DNA of 64,000 nucleotides from Bispira polyomma (Eukaryota): NCBI GenBank assembly GCA_965649765.1, contig OZ287759.1, positions 43,710,001 to 43,774,000 of the forward strand, read 5' to 3'. Shown piece by piece: positions 13,459 to 24,188 of this stretch (position 1 is its first letter; each line of letters starts with the position of its first letter). The notes under the pieces were generated by a model. It saw only the letters and a program-made list of their open reading frames with translations, ran no database searches and was not told where the DNA came from. The position numbers and the translations under genes were made by a program.

Positions 13459-15240
13459 GGGGCTCTTTAGAAGTTAGGAAAAAAGTCAGTGAGTCCCAGT
13501 ATTTAGATTATATTAAACATATAGAACAATGCTCACCAGGAAATTATACACAATAGATGTATGCATGGATTGCAAAATATGTAGAATTACAATATGGCCT
13601 TGGAAAATATAAAAATAGTTCATGTGGATTGAATTAATTTTATTCTGTTTACAACATATTTTAGCACAGTATGAGAGGTCGATCAGGTACATTTTTGGAA
13701 AATGAAATACAAATATATGTCACTACAATATAAATGTACATATTTGCCACGATCACCCTCGCCTCCTCCTGGGAACATATTAAAATGGCATGAACTCACC
13801 AGAAAATCATACATATGCCCCTATTAAAATAATCAGTATTATGTCCAATATGAAAATGTGTATGTGCTGCTAACCAGATGCATGAAAAATAAGTGTAACA
13901 TCAAGGAACATATGGACACCCTAACACAATAGTATTGCAATTGTGATACACACTTACTTGTAAATGGAATGTAGTATTAATTCTTAATTTTTTAGGTATA
14001 AATATTACGTCTTACATGTGTTTGACTTATATTTTATGAAATATTTTAATAAAAGATAGCATAATATGTACACGTGGAAATATTCACTACCAAATAATGT
14101 TTACTATTTTAGCGAGTGGGCTTACATAAACAATTAGGATCCAGTAAAAACTTAAATTTATCTGCCAACTATAAAAATGGCCAATGGTGAAATCAATTTC
14201 AGTTGATATCTTGAAAATGATAAATTAGTGACATTTTCTTCCAGCTAAAATTTCATTCAATTTTTCAGTAATAAGGTCGTGGGAACAAAATCATTATAAA
14301 CTGATACTTTAGTCATGAAATGATTTAGTTATGGGATTAAGATAATCTCATTTTAACAAACTTATCTTGTGTTAATAAAAAAATCAAGTCATGGAATTGA
14401 TATAATTCTGCTGGAACCAAATAAATAAGGTACTATTAAACCTCAGAAATGTATCAGAATGTATCAGGATTTTTACACCATTCTCTTCTGAAATTCACCA
14501 GAGACTCAGCCAAAAGAATCAATTCAACAAACACTACCATAGTTTTACCCTTCTACAATGTCTCGAAATTTAGGTTTCATATATTGACTAGTTTTACAAT
14601 CACAATGTAACTTAATATATGCTTCAAAATATTACCAGAAATCCTTTGTTATTGCTTGTCTATGTTAGTAAAACTTTGAAAATGATTAACCTTTTTGTAG
14701 CTGAGTTTTAGATCTTTATACATTTAGCTTTTAATAAATAAATCAATTCATGCTAAGAATGTGGATTATGTTGATAAAGCTTAAACGTAATAACCCTTTT
14801 TCAACTGGGGGCAGTTCCAGATAGCTGGAGTCACTAAAACACACACCTCTGACAATGATGGCTTTTCATAATGGCCTCATGTATATATAAAGCTTATAAT
14901 TTGGCAGTACTAACATGTTGCAACTGAGCTGTACTGAAGGAGAGTAACATGATAATATAGGATATTGGCTGCTTGCCAACAGATACAGTACCCTTGGTGT
15001 TGACGACTAGTTAACACGCATCTGTACAAAATGGTTAAATTAAACAAAAAAACCTGTGAATTTACTCACCAAATGTTGAACATTGACAATTATACACCAG
15101 TTGAAACTTACTTCCTTATACAGTTATATATATAGTATAATATATAATTAAAATATATTTAGCTTTGCCTTACCTAATGTTCTACATTGAACCCCCACAA
15201 TGAGAAGACCCAATAGAGGCAGCCACTTGAAACTAGTCAT
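250..15240 (-). CDS. 11-exon gene, ~816 aa secreted protein: signal peptide + jacalin-like lectin domain + long acidic helical region + beta-rich C-terminus
   Basis: Manually spliced GT-AG exons 15240-15174, 9048-8787, 7307-7169, 6849-6690, 6028-6020, 5587-5505, 4459-4295, 3685-3522, 2558-2479, 1866-1189, 893-250 total 2451 nt. All phases are compatible and there is no internal stop. N-terminus [19 protein letters not shown] is signal-like. [14 protein letters not shown]...[15 protein letters not shown] matches the jacalin pattern. The 3' end is uncertain (possible donor at 297). Confidence 0.85.
1040..1138. mobile_element. partial copy of the TA-flanked MITE at 5299-5484
   Basis: CTCTCCCAACATGTTTGGATAATAGCGGTTCTACT matches the right end of 5299-5484. 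Confidence 0.6.
1189..1866 (-). CDS. exon 10 (helical region with hydrophobic segment)
   Basis: TTCTATTAAAG| ... CAG|GTATGG; lies within ORF 1178..1897. Confidence 0.9.
2479..2558 (-). CDS. exon 9
   Basis: ATTCTAG| ... AAG|GTAACC; [26 protein letters not shown]. Confidence 0.85.
2880..3535. repeat. degenerate ~40-bp minisatellite in intron 8
   Basis: Repeated unit resembling TGCACTATTTTATACCAGATATTAAAAGTTACATATGAGAAAAA, interrupted at 3102-3314. Confidence 0.75.
3102..3314. mobile_element. MITE
   Basis: Imperfect terminal inverted repeats GGGGCCATATTTAGAAAAG / CTTTCGTTAATATGGCCAC. Confidence 0.6.
3522..3685 (-). CDS. exon 8
   Basis: TTTATAG| ... |GTACGT; [20 protein letters not shown]...SAFF. 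Confidence 0.85.
4295..4459 (-). CDS. exon 7
   Basis: TTTTTTTCAG| ... |GTAAGG; 55 codons, [21 protein letters not shown]...LQKHA. Confidence 0.85.
5299..5484. mobile_element. Tc1/mariner(pogo)-type MITE, 186 bp
   Basis: TIR CAGTAGAACCTCTATTATC at both ends; TA target duplication at 5297-5298 and 5485-5486. Confidence 0.9.
5505..5587 (-). CDS. exon 6
   Basis: ATTACAG| ... |GTAAAC; [28 protein letters not shown]. Confidence 0.85.
6020..6028 (-). CDS. exon 5 (9-nt microexon)
   Basis: GTTTTCTTTTGTTTACAG|ATAGAGCTG|GTGAGT; phase 1-1, frame preserving. Confidence 0.7.
6690..6849 (-). CDS. exon 4 (jacalin-like)
   Basis: GTTTTCAG| ... |GTAAGA; encodes [53 protein letters not shown]. Confidence 0.9.
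7169..7307 (-). CDS. exon 3 (jacalin-like)
   Basis: TTTACACACAG| ... |GTAAGT; encodes [47 protein letters not shown]. Confidence 0.9.
8787..9048 (-). CDS. exon 2 (N-terminal region, start of jacalin-like domain)
   Basis: Acceptor TATGCAG|, donor TG|GTAAGA; overlaps ORF 8783..9061. Confidence 0.85.
9492..12700 (-). mobile_element. near full-length decayed L2/CR1-group LINE in intron 1 (APE endonuclease + RT)
   Basis: APE motifs [21 protein letters not shown] (ORF 11524..12357); RT motifs GVPQ and HMYADDT (9817..10266); (CAATA)n-like 3' tail at ~9492-9512; frameshifts throughout; tandemly duplicated pyrimidine-rich 5' region 12380-12660. Confidence 0.9.
12100..12129 (-). other. 2A-like (StopGo) motif [10 protein letters not shown] upstream of LINE endonuclease
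   Basis: Translation [15 protein letters not shown]; canonical motif is D(V/I)ExNPGP, here E is replaced by Q. Confidence 0.75.
12805..13170. repeat. tandem repeat with embedded hairpin CCACTCC-CGCCAAAT-GGAGTGG
   Basis: Four AACAGTATAGCCCAAAATATATGTAAAAA-like units; hairpin at 12948-12970 and 13051-13072. Confidence 0.7.
13403..13463. repeat. adjacent poly(T) and poly(G) homopolymers
   Basis: T-rich run followed directly by ~26 G. Confidence 0.9.
13615..13735 (+). repeat. interspersed repeat; second direct copy at ~18010-18153
   Basis: AGTTCATGTGGATTGAATTAATTTTATTCTGTTTACAACATATTT... matches AGTTCATGTAGATTCAATTAATCTTTTGTCTGTTTACAACACATTT... Confidence 0.65.
15174..15240 (-). CDS. exon 1 (signal peptide)
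   Basis: ATG at 15240, [22 protein letters not shown], donor TAG|GTAAGG, phase 1 matches exon 2. Confidence 0.75.
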
Positions 15241-16339
15241 GATAACTTATTATTTAAATCCCATAAAACTGGTTTGCAACAAAATCTGCTTCTCTAACAC
15301 TCCCAGAAATGATCAGTTGCCTCTGAGTTTATGACAGTCTCTTGCTCCAGTATTTAAAGAGTTTTGAGTGTCAGAATAATGTGTGTCAGTTTAAGCTAAA
15401 AGTGTATCATATGGTAAGTATGATTTACCTTTTTTTGTTTGTGTTGATGTCTTGTTGTTTGCCATGATGTGGACAGCACAGCTGTTACACCCAATTCACT
15501 TTTATATAGTTATAGTATACTGTACTTTGAATGCTGTGTTTGCTTTCTAATGTTGTAAACAGATGGATGATAGAAGATTATTTTGGGCAATGTCTTACAG
15601 TAATTTATACAGATCCAAAGAAGAAAGCTGAAGATACTTTCCCCAAGATGTAGGGTTATAGTTTAGTGGACGTATTCTTTGACTTAACTCTGACTCAAGG
15701 TCAACCCTAATGTGTTTCTATCTCTGTCTGGGGAAAATATGCAAAATTTGACTGAAAATATGAATTCAGCACTGGAAGATCTCTTCAAATGAATCTTTAC
15801 GAATGTATCATATTTTAAAAAGGGTTCTCAGGTGAAATAACATAATTGTTAAGGCCATAAAGACTAAGACCATAGTAAACAGTGCCAAATATGTCAAGTG
15901 TTAGGGGCGTAACAGATTAGGTGCTATTAATGTATTAAAGTGTGTAATACACAGTATCTAAAAACAGTATTACGCTTCAAAACTGTCACAGGCAATATTA
16001 TAGGTTTAAATAAATATTTAAAAGTGGGCTCTATGTTTGTCTTTAATACAGAAGATTGGAATGGTCACAATATGGCTGCAATAAAGATCAATACATAGAA
16101 CAGAGCAAAGCAGAGAGTGAAGGTTTCACGGGGTGGATTCACAAAGTTGACACATGTAAATATAATAACAATAGGAAAAAATGAAAGAAAAATGTGTATA
16201 AAAATTTAAACGATGTATGCATGGAAAATCAAAATATGGTATTAACATAGGCTAATCTATTTTAAATCAATTTTTTCTAACAAACATATGTTAATATCAG
16301 CAACATTTGTGACAGCTTTTTAACAATGTACCATTTCTT

Positions 16340-17965
16340 CCAACCCCAGGGTATAAGGTTTGTAACATTTTTAGTTTTTGCACACTTTCTGAGCAGGATC
16401 TTCTAAACACAAGAAATCTTCTCCTGTTATATCTTGTGAAGTAGATCCTATTCCAGCTGTTATTCTAAATTAATGCCTTGACATTCTAATCACACCAACA
16501 CCCAAGATATAAATTTTTTCTCTTCGGGATGGTATTTTCCCAACCTGTTTTAAGACTGCAATTGTAAATCCCTTAATAACAAACAAGTGCTTGATAAGAA
16601 CCAGCTCAAACACTACAGACCAGTTTTAAACCTCAGCTTTATCTATAAAGTTATTGAGAAAGCTGTAGCACAACAAATTTCTGACCACGTAAACAGACAA
16701 AACATCGTAAACCGTCACCAATCTGCTTACAGAAAATTCCACACTATATAAAGTATCCTTTTTTCTATCAGCAATGATATCAATCTTGTACTGGACCGCA
16801 TTGAAACAGTGGCCCTCACTCTTTTAGATCTTTCAGCAGTGGTTTGGAATTAATGTCACTATCCTTGATTGGATGAGATCTTAGCTTACTCTTAGAGCAC
16901 AACGAATTAAATTAGACGATCACCTATCATCTGCCATAAACCTACCATATGGAGTACCCCAGGGATCTGTCCTTGGGCCTCTACTTTTCACCCTTTATAC
17001 ACATCCTCTCAGCACTGTTATCAATAATTACAATATAAAACGCCACATGTATGCCAATGACACTTAAGTCTATCTCTCTCTGAACCCTCAAAATGCAAAT
17101 AAAAATATTGATCTAGTCGCTGACTGTCCGTCCGCTGTCCAGGCATGAATGAACAACTCTAAATTAAAATTAAATCCTGACAAAACTGAATTCATTTTCA
17201 TTTGAAACAAGAAAAACAGTGAGTTCTTAAAATCTTTGTTCTCTATCTCCCTTCTGGGAAATGACATACTACCTTCCAAAATTTGCAAAAACCTGGACAC
17301 TCATATTGGAACATCTGTTGTTCCTGGTATTACCACATCTACAACATCAAAAGATTTTGAAACCACCTGTCTATGGACACTGCGATAGTTGTGGCTAATG
17401 CCCTTGTGAGAAGCCGCCTCGACTACTGAAACTCTCTTTTGAGTAAACCAGTCACAGATTAAAAAGCTCCAGTCCATTCAAAACTACCTATGCAGGGTAA
17501 TTTTTCACATAGGTGGTCGCACAGATGTCACTTCTTGCCTCAAAAAAATTACATTGGCTGCCCACTCTCGAATTTTGTTTAAAATTCACGTTACCACTTT
17601 TGAGGCTCTAGTCACTCAACAGCCCTTCTACCTTGCTCTTCTTCTCTCTTTCAGTAACCGTATGAGAGGCAACAGACTCTCTGTTTCTTCGGTCAGACCA
17701 ATCAGGAAGACGGGATCCAGAGCTTTCTCTATTGTAGCTCCACTGTTATGGAACAGTTTCCCAGTTTACCTCAGATCAGTTGATACACTCTTTGGTTTTA
17801 GGATCTTTTTAACATTGCCTATCCACATCAGCTTCCCTCCTGTAGGCCCCGCATCTTTTCTTACGACTTTGCTATGCCCATGGACGATTGGATAAATGAT
17901 TCTGCTCTTGCACTTTGGAAGATGCCTAGCATCAATAGAACACGTTAAAAATATATAATAATAAT
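16340..17965 (+). mobile_element. 5'-truncated decayed LINE, same family as 9492-12700
   Basis: [20 protein letters not shown] at ~16950-17010; SRAFSIVAPLLWNS in ORF 17554..17895; nucleotide similarity to the reverse complement of 9600-10830. Confidence 0.9.
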
Positions 17966-18890
17966 ATTTATGCTCACAATATACTCTAAATGTTTAGTCT
18001 ATATCAAAGTAGTTCATGTAGATTCAATTAATCTTTTGTCTGTTTACAACACATTTTGTTTAAGATAAGATATAGAAAAGTTAGCACAATAGGAAAAGAT
18101 CATTGGGTACATTTTATAAAAATGAAACAGTAACATATGTTACTGCAATATTAAAGTTGCCCCTCCTCTGACAGTTGTATTCATATTGATATTTTAATAT
18201 TACTAAGTAGCTAAAAATAAATGACCTTCAAAGGTCATGTGAGACAGTAAATAGAAGCTACACATTATATGATCATGTCAATGACAAATTTGATAACAGC
18301 CTTAACAGTCATAACAGTCATTTAAACTTACAAACTTTACATTTGAATCTAACCTACATACATTTGAACAGTGTCATTTACAAATACACATGCCACTGGC
18401 TTATTATTTACTATTTAATTTTAGCCTTTTTTACCGCATTAGCTTTGATAGTACAATCTAATTTCAAGTAAAAATTTTAATTTCTTCAAAGTTATATGAA
18501 TGAGTGTAACATTCTTCCAATTGAAATTTCTACTTCTACAGTGTAAGAACAGTTGCCCCCTGAAGACATTGAACAAGTCACCTTATTGTGTTCAGTTAAA
18601 AGTTGAACGGTAAAAGGTGAAAAATTACATTATTTGGATCTGTAACAGCAGTTGATTACGTGTAATATAGGTTATAATGGCAATCAAACAAGTATTGGGT
18701 TAAAATAACATGTGAGCTAGGAGAATGCTAGTTCTGTTTAACATATGGCTTGTGTTGTTTGTTGTTAGTAATATTCTACTGATTGACAGCTGTATGCCGG
18801 CCATTGTCATAGGGAAAAAGTAGAACTATTTCAGTGGAGCACAATAGATTATATTTTTAACAGCAACGTACCAATTAGTTTGCAAACATG

Positions 18891-19063
18891 TATTATTATT
18901 ATTATTGAAAAATGTCTATAGCACCCTATTGATACATCATCCTGCAAAGCACTCATTCTCCAAAACGGATAGCCTCAGAACATAGCCGGGATAATCATTA
19001 ACAAAAATCAAAACATGGACCATTCTAATCACCAGACCTACTTCCTCACCACAAGGCCACAGG
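18891..19063 (-). mobile_element. degenerate tRNA-derived SINE
   Basis: Minus-strand head CCTGTGGCCTTGTGGTGAGG (A-box-like); tail GTGCTATAGACATTTTTC(AAT)n. Confidence 0.55.
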
Positions 19064-19954
19064 ATATCACATCAATTTAAATGTATACATTTACTGTAAC
19101 TCAACCTCTTAGATATTTAAATATATACACTGTTAGGATGAAAGTAAAATCTGTCCATGTTTTTGGATAGGGCCTTCGTGGTTTAGGGGGAACACTATCT
19201 CCTTTCACTTCTTGAGGCCTCGGTGGTGTAGAGGTAACACTCTCACTTCTGAAATTGGTGTTCAATACCCGGTCATGGCATGTTTGTGGTAAATGTTGGC
19301 AACAGACTTTCTGAATACGGGTCTTTTGTACAGAAAAAAATACATGACCAACTACCATGTTCTGCTTTCCCCCCTGCTCACTCTCAATAAACTGGCCATC
19401 GCATATTCAATTGTTGAAACTGGCGTTCAAATGAAAATAAATCTAAGCTAATGCATTGAAACAATCACAGCCCCATTTCACAAACAAAGACTTCTCAAAC
19501 AGTCTAATTACAGTCCAGTCAAAATAGTGATTGACCTAGGAAAAATAGTTACAGAAATAATTTTTACAGCATACATTTACTTAAGAGCCCAATAATAACA
19601 TTTAAAATTTAATGGATAGAAATCTAAAATCTAAATACGTTAATTGTGTAAGTAAGCGCATCTGTGACATCACAGAGTAAAATGATGTCAAAATGGTACA
19701 GTGATATCATTATAAACAAATGACATCATACCATGGTTTTGTTAGAGATGGGAGAAAATGGAGTGGAAGAGAGGTCACTACTTATATCACAGCTTATAGC
19801 CACAAAAATATGTGTTTTATTTCAAACTCTTAATGTCTCCCTATAAAGCTCTTGGCTATTTTAATTCAACCTTAAGGTTCCATCTGAAAGATTAAGACGC
19901 AAAACAGAGTAAAAAATCATGATTTTTACACTTTAAAATTCCGCGTTTCATACA

Positions 19955-20560
19955 TAGATGGCATTTAACAAGTTACCATTTATACTATGTTACAGAAGTT
20001 TAAAGAATAGAGAAGACCTGTTGACCGTGTCAAACTCTTCACTCTATAAAGCGGCAAAAGTTGGCTTACTTTTATGTTTTATGTTATTTATTATGGACGA
20101 TAATGTAAAAATTTGGTCTTTACATGAACGTTTTTGACGAAATCCATTTTGTTCTTCAACTATAATTTTATTTGTCTCACGATATTCGGTGAGTCTATTA
20201 TTTAAAATACTAGTGTATAATTTTCTGATACATGACAGTTGACTGATTCCTCTATAATATAGAGACAAATAAGAATCTATGTCCGAACCCTTTGGTATTA
20301 ATTTAATTATAGTCTTTAGCCACAAGTTTGGGACAACTTTATTTTTAAAGCAGTAGGTAAATAAGTTTAGCAATATCAGTTTCATATTAGGATTTTTTAG
20401 TACCTCATTAGGGATTTTGTCTATACCCACAGCCTATCGATTTTTACATTTAAATCTTGCCCTATGTAGTTCTATCATAGAAATATCTTTATTCAAAAAT
20501 TTGTTGATATTACCACTTTCTTCCATTTCATAAGACAAATGTCCAATAGATTTAACAAAA
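19955..20560 (-). mobile_element. non-LTR retrotransposon RT fragment (different family)
   Basis: GIDKIPNEVLK, YRGISQLS, EEQNGFRQKRSCKDQIFTL in ORF 20044..20430. Confidence 0.85.
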
Positions 20561-20579
20561 TCAACATTACTTGCCGAGG

Positions 20580-23500
20580 TCAGTATTTCTAGCCATTTCA
20601 ATATGTCACGCATTGTCGTGCCCAATCTTATTAAAATGTATAACATTTAGACACATATGTAGCATGAAATAACACTGGTGTAGATTCTGTTTGTAATTTA
20701 AAGCATCCAAAAGTGCTAACATGTTTTAACTGTTAAAACACTATCAAGTTGACAATATTTAGCCTGATTCATGGTATTTTCTACACAGTTTGTGCATGTT
20801 TCCCTTATTTCTACAAGATTTTCAATTATAAATTGACACTATTTATGAGTTGAACATATTTTTTGATATGTATAATTTATGTTTGGTAATAATGATGCAG
20901 TAATTTGGGCCACATTTAGATCACCAAACATTACTATGTGAGGCCATATGGTCTCCGGTAAAGTGGAACAGTATATGAAGTATAAGTTTTCTTCTAAATT
21001 GCCTCACTTATGTTTGTGATTGTCTTATACTACACACTTTGTGTGGTATGGATTACTGTATAAGTGGACATTTTAGCCAATTTTTTTCACATATTTAAAA
21101 GTTTTAAGAAATTCACTAGAATTAATATTATTCACTATTGGTCAATGTTTAGTTGAAAGAATAATCCAAATTTACATTTTTCTCTCCCAAATAAAATGTA
21201 AATAAAAAAAGTATTAATTCAATATGAAAGATCATTCCATTTTTTGTGCCGGAGGTAAATTATATTATTTATTTTTATGTATTATATGTTTATTTCAGAC
21301 TATATATATACAACACAAAAAATATAAAAGTCCATATAAATGAGAAGAAATGTTTAATAAATGATGTTTATAGATTCTTAGCAACACAAATAATGCACGT
21401 AAAATAGTCCATTTATATTTTGATGAAAAATGTACGACACATGGACTCTCACTGAAATCTGGGACAGCCTTTGAAGTAGATTATCGACCACAGTGAATAG
21501 TGTACTGTGACTTACATGTATATGCTAGTGTATAGCAGTGTACATTATCGACCCTGGTGAACAGTGTCATGTGGCGTGCACATTCTGAATGACTGATGTT
21601 GACAATATACCACATAATAGGTTTGTGTTGATGTACTTCAAGGTGAATCACTTGCACACCAATAACGAAACTGACTATATGTATCTGGTGTTCTGTGAAA
21701 TTGATTGGCCACCCTATGGGTGACACAGTACTTTTGGGTTGCTTGTGTATACAATATATGTAGGTGTTATATCTGAATATCTTAGTGGGCTGAATGCAAG
21801 GCTACGCCCTTTTATCATTTATCCCCAGGTAGAGTCTATAAATTTTCACCACTAATACATAAGTGATCATAAGTCACGTATATTTAAATATTTTAAATAT
21901 ATAATTGTGGTAACGTTGACACAATATAACAGTTAAACTTAGGTGTTGTTCGTCAGAATCCAGATGTTTGGGCATCACTGTTTCTTTGAGGTTTAATTTG
22001 AAGTACTTTTGGCAAAAATGTGTTTGGGTAATAGTAGAATTTATATTATATTTTTCTTAATAAATGTCTGCACATAGCATGGAGTCATATACACAGACAG
22101 TTCTTTTAAATCTAGATCAGATTCGGCACTTGTAATCAATGGACTGGTCTCATACAGACGTTTATTTGTCAGTATTTGTTGCTTTTAGCATATTCTGGTT
22201 CGGGGGCTTTCATCTACGAATATTCCTCCTCAAACCCTTCCCCACTTCACCACCAAAAAGATGTGGTATTTTCATTACAATCTGATATGAACCTGTGTCA
22301 CAAAACTGACATGTACCTCCACTAACACCCACTTACTAACACTAATCCCACCAATGAGGAATGAAGCCATCACAAATACCTCGCTAATACAAATGAATGA
22401 TCACTAACTGGTACTTCTTAACACTAATGCAAAACAAGCGAACACAACCTGCTAATTATAAAAAATGTTCCAAAACTAATCAGGACATATGCCCAATCGC
22501 CCCCTAATCCACAGAAACCCTCACAAACGAGCTTTCTTTCACAAATGTTTTAAACATCCTAAAATGTATGTGGCAGCTCCACTGATGCTTATGGGTACTC
22601 ATGGATATCAATGAAGTGCTCCGATGAGTTTGTGGCATCTTGGTATTGCTGATTCATCTGTTTTCAACCTAGGTGTATAAGGTTGCATACAGACAAATCC
22701 TGAAATATACGGCGACATTGTAAGCTAAATTAGATGTGTACATCCTGACATTTTTGGTTTATTTCTTGTTCTAATAATTGCCCAAGACAGTTTTGTTTTG
22801 CAAACCTCCACATATGACATGTGGAATTTTTAGTTTAACAAAGTAGTTCCAATATATAATGATCAAAATAGATTCTATTACCACAAGAAAAGGAATGAAT
22901 ATGATAGAACAGTAAGCATGAGATATTCGTCAAAAATCTTAATGGCCCTCACCAAGGTTTACTGGACCGAAAGAAAAATACTGAATATACTGAAAAGTAG
23001 ACTGTGTAGTCTTTATTACTGTATAGTCTTAATGTTACTTAATTTACAACACGTCTTGGGTAAATAATAAATACATGTATAAGAATAAATTGGATAATTG
23101 TTTTCATGATGTCCCACACAGCCAACTCCCAGGCTTTTGGCAATTTTACAGCCACTTCCCAGACACCTAGACAATTTTACAGCCACCTCCCAAAACCATA
23201 GGCCATTTTACAGGCACCTACCAGACCCCTAGGCAATTTTACAGTAACCTATCATACCTCTAAGCAATCTTACAGCAATGTTCCAGACCTTTAGGCAATT
23301 TTACAGCCACTTCCCAGACCTCCAGACAAGTTTACAGCCACTTCACAGACCCCTTTTATAGCTACCTACCAGACTTATAGTCACCTCTTAGACTTCTAGG
23401 AAATTGTAAGCCACCTCCCAGAACCCTAGAAGATTTCTGCTACAATTTAACCAATTTTACCTCCCCGGGGAGTTCTTAAGGGAACTCTGAGTTTTATAAG

Positions 23501-23927
23501 GTACCAACACACATTATTACAGATTAAACTTCAAGCATGATTGTCCATACTTTTTAAAATGCAAATAGTTCCGAATTACAAATTGTTTTGCGTTGGAAAT
23601 AAATGTTGAATTCATAGATAATAATATATTTTTATTTATCAATGCAAAATAACTTTAACACTTCATATATTCTATGTCATTTTGCTATTTTATAAGAGGA
23701 TTTCGAATTACACACAAACTTCAGCAACAGTCGAGTATTAACCAATCAAAATGCTTCTTTAATTGATTCATGAAGAAGGCAAACAACAATGACCTTGCAA
23801 AACTCTTATAAAATGATGAAATACGTAGCAAATATGAGAGTAAGAAGTCACAAATAATCATAGACCTACTCAACATTTAGTCACCGCAGTCAAACTCGAC
23901 CACAGTTACATGGTACACTGACTGGTC
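20580..23927 (+). repeat. ~3.3-kb non-coding repeat, copy A (inverted copy B at 43099-52355)
   Basis: Collinear reverse-complement matches, e.g. 23877-23927 vs 43099-43147, 21481-21610 vs 49741-49862, 20900-21060 vs 51930-52110. Confidence 0.85.
23115..23435 (+). repeat. ~31-bp minisatellite inside copy A
   Basis: Unit resembling GGCAATTTTACAGCCACTTCCCAGACCCCTA, about 10 copies. Confidence 0.9.
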
Positions 23928-24188
23928 ACACTAGCTATTAAACAGAAAAAAATTAATAACATGACCCCATTCTTTCTTTGGATTCTCTGAAAGATAGTTT
24001 ACCTTTTACTAAACTATCTCTCCCCTGTGTAATTAATTACACCATTAACTAATGTAAAACATTCACCTATATCTCTACCAGGGAATCAGTTCTTGTCTGA
24101 TATGCAAGGATATAACAATTCTCTTATTAAGTACTCCTGAATAAATTTTCACTGATAGAACAGTCTAGCTTTCAACATTAAAATACAG

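Noticed and set aside
13403-13463. Poly(T)-poly(G) run as a functional G-quadruplex or terminator
   Set aside because: Homopolymer only; length may be a sequencing artefact and there is no supporting context.
13531-15075. Donor-like GGTGAG sites on minus at ~13537, ~13800 and ~15070 in intron 1
   Set aside because: No AG acceptor at a plausible distance upstream; exon 1 and exon 2 already join in frame.
23115-23435. 31-bp periodic array as CRISPR
   Set aside because: Units are contiguous and degenerate with no unique spacers and no cas genes; eukaryotic context.
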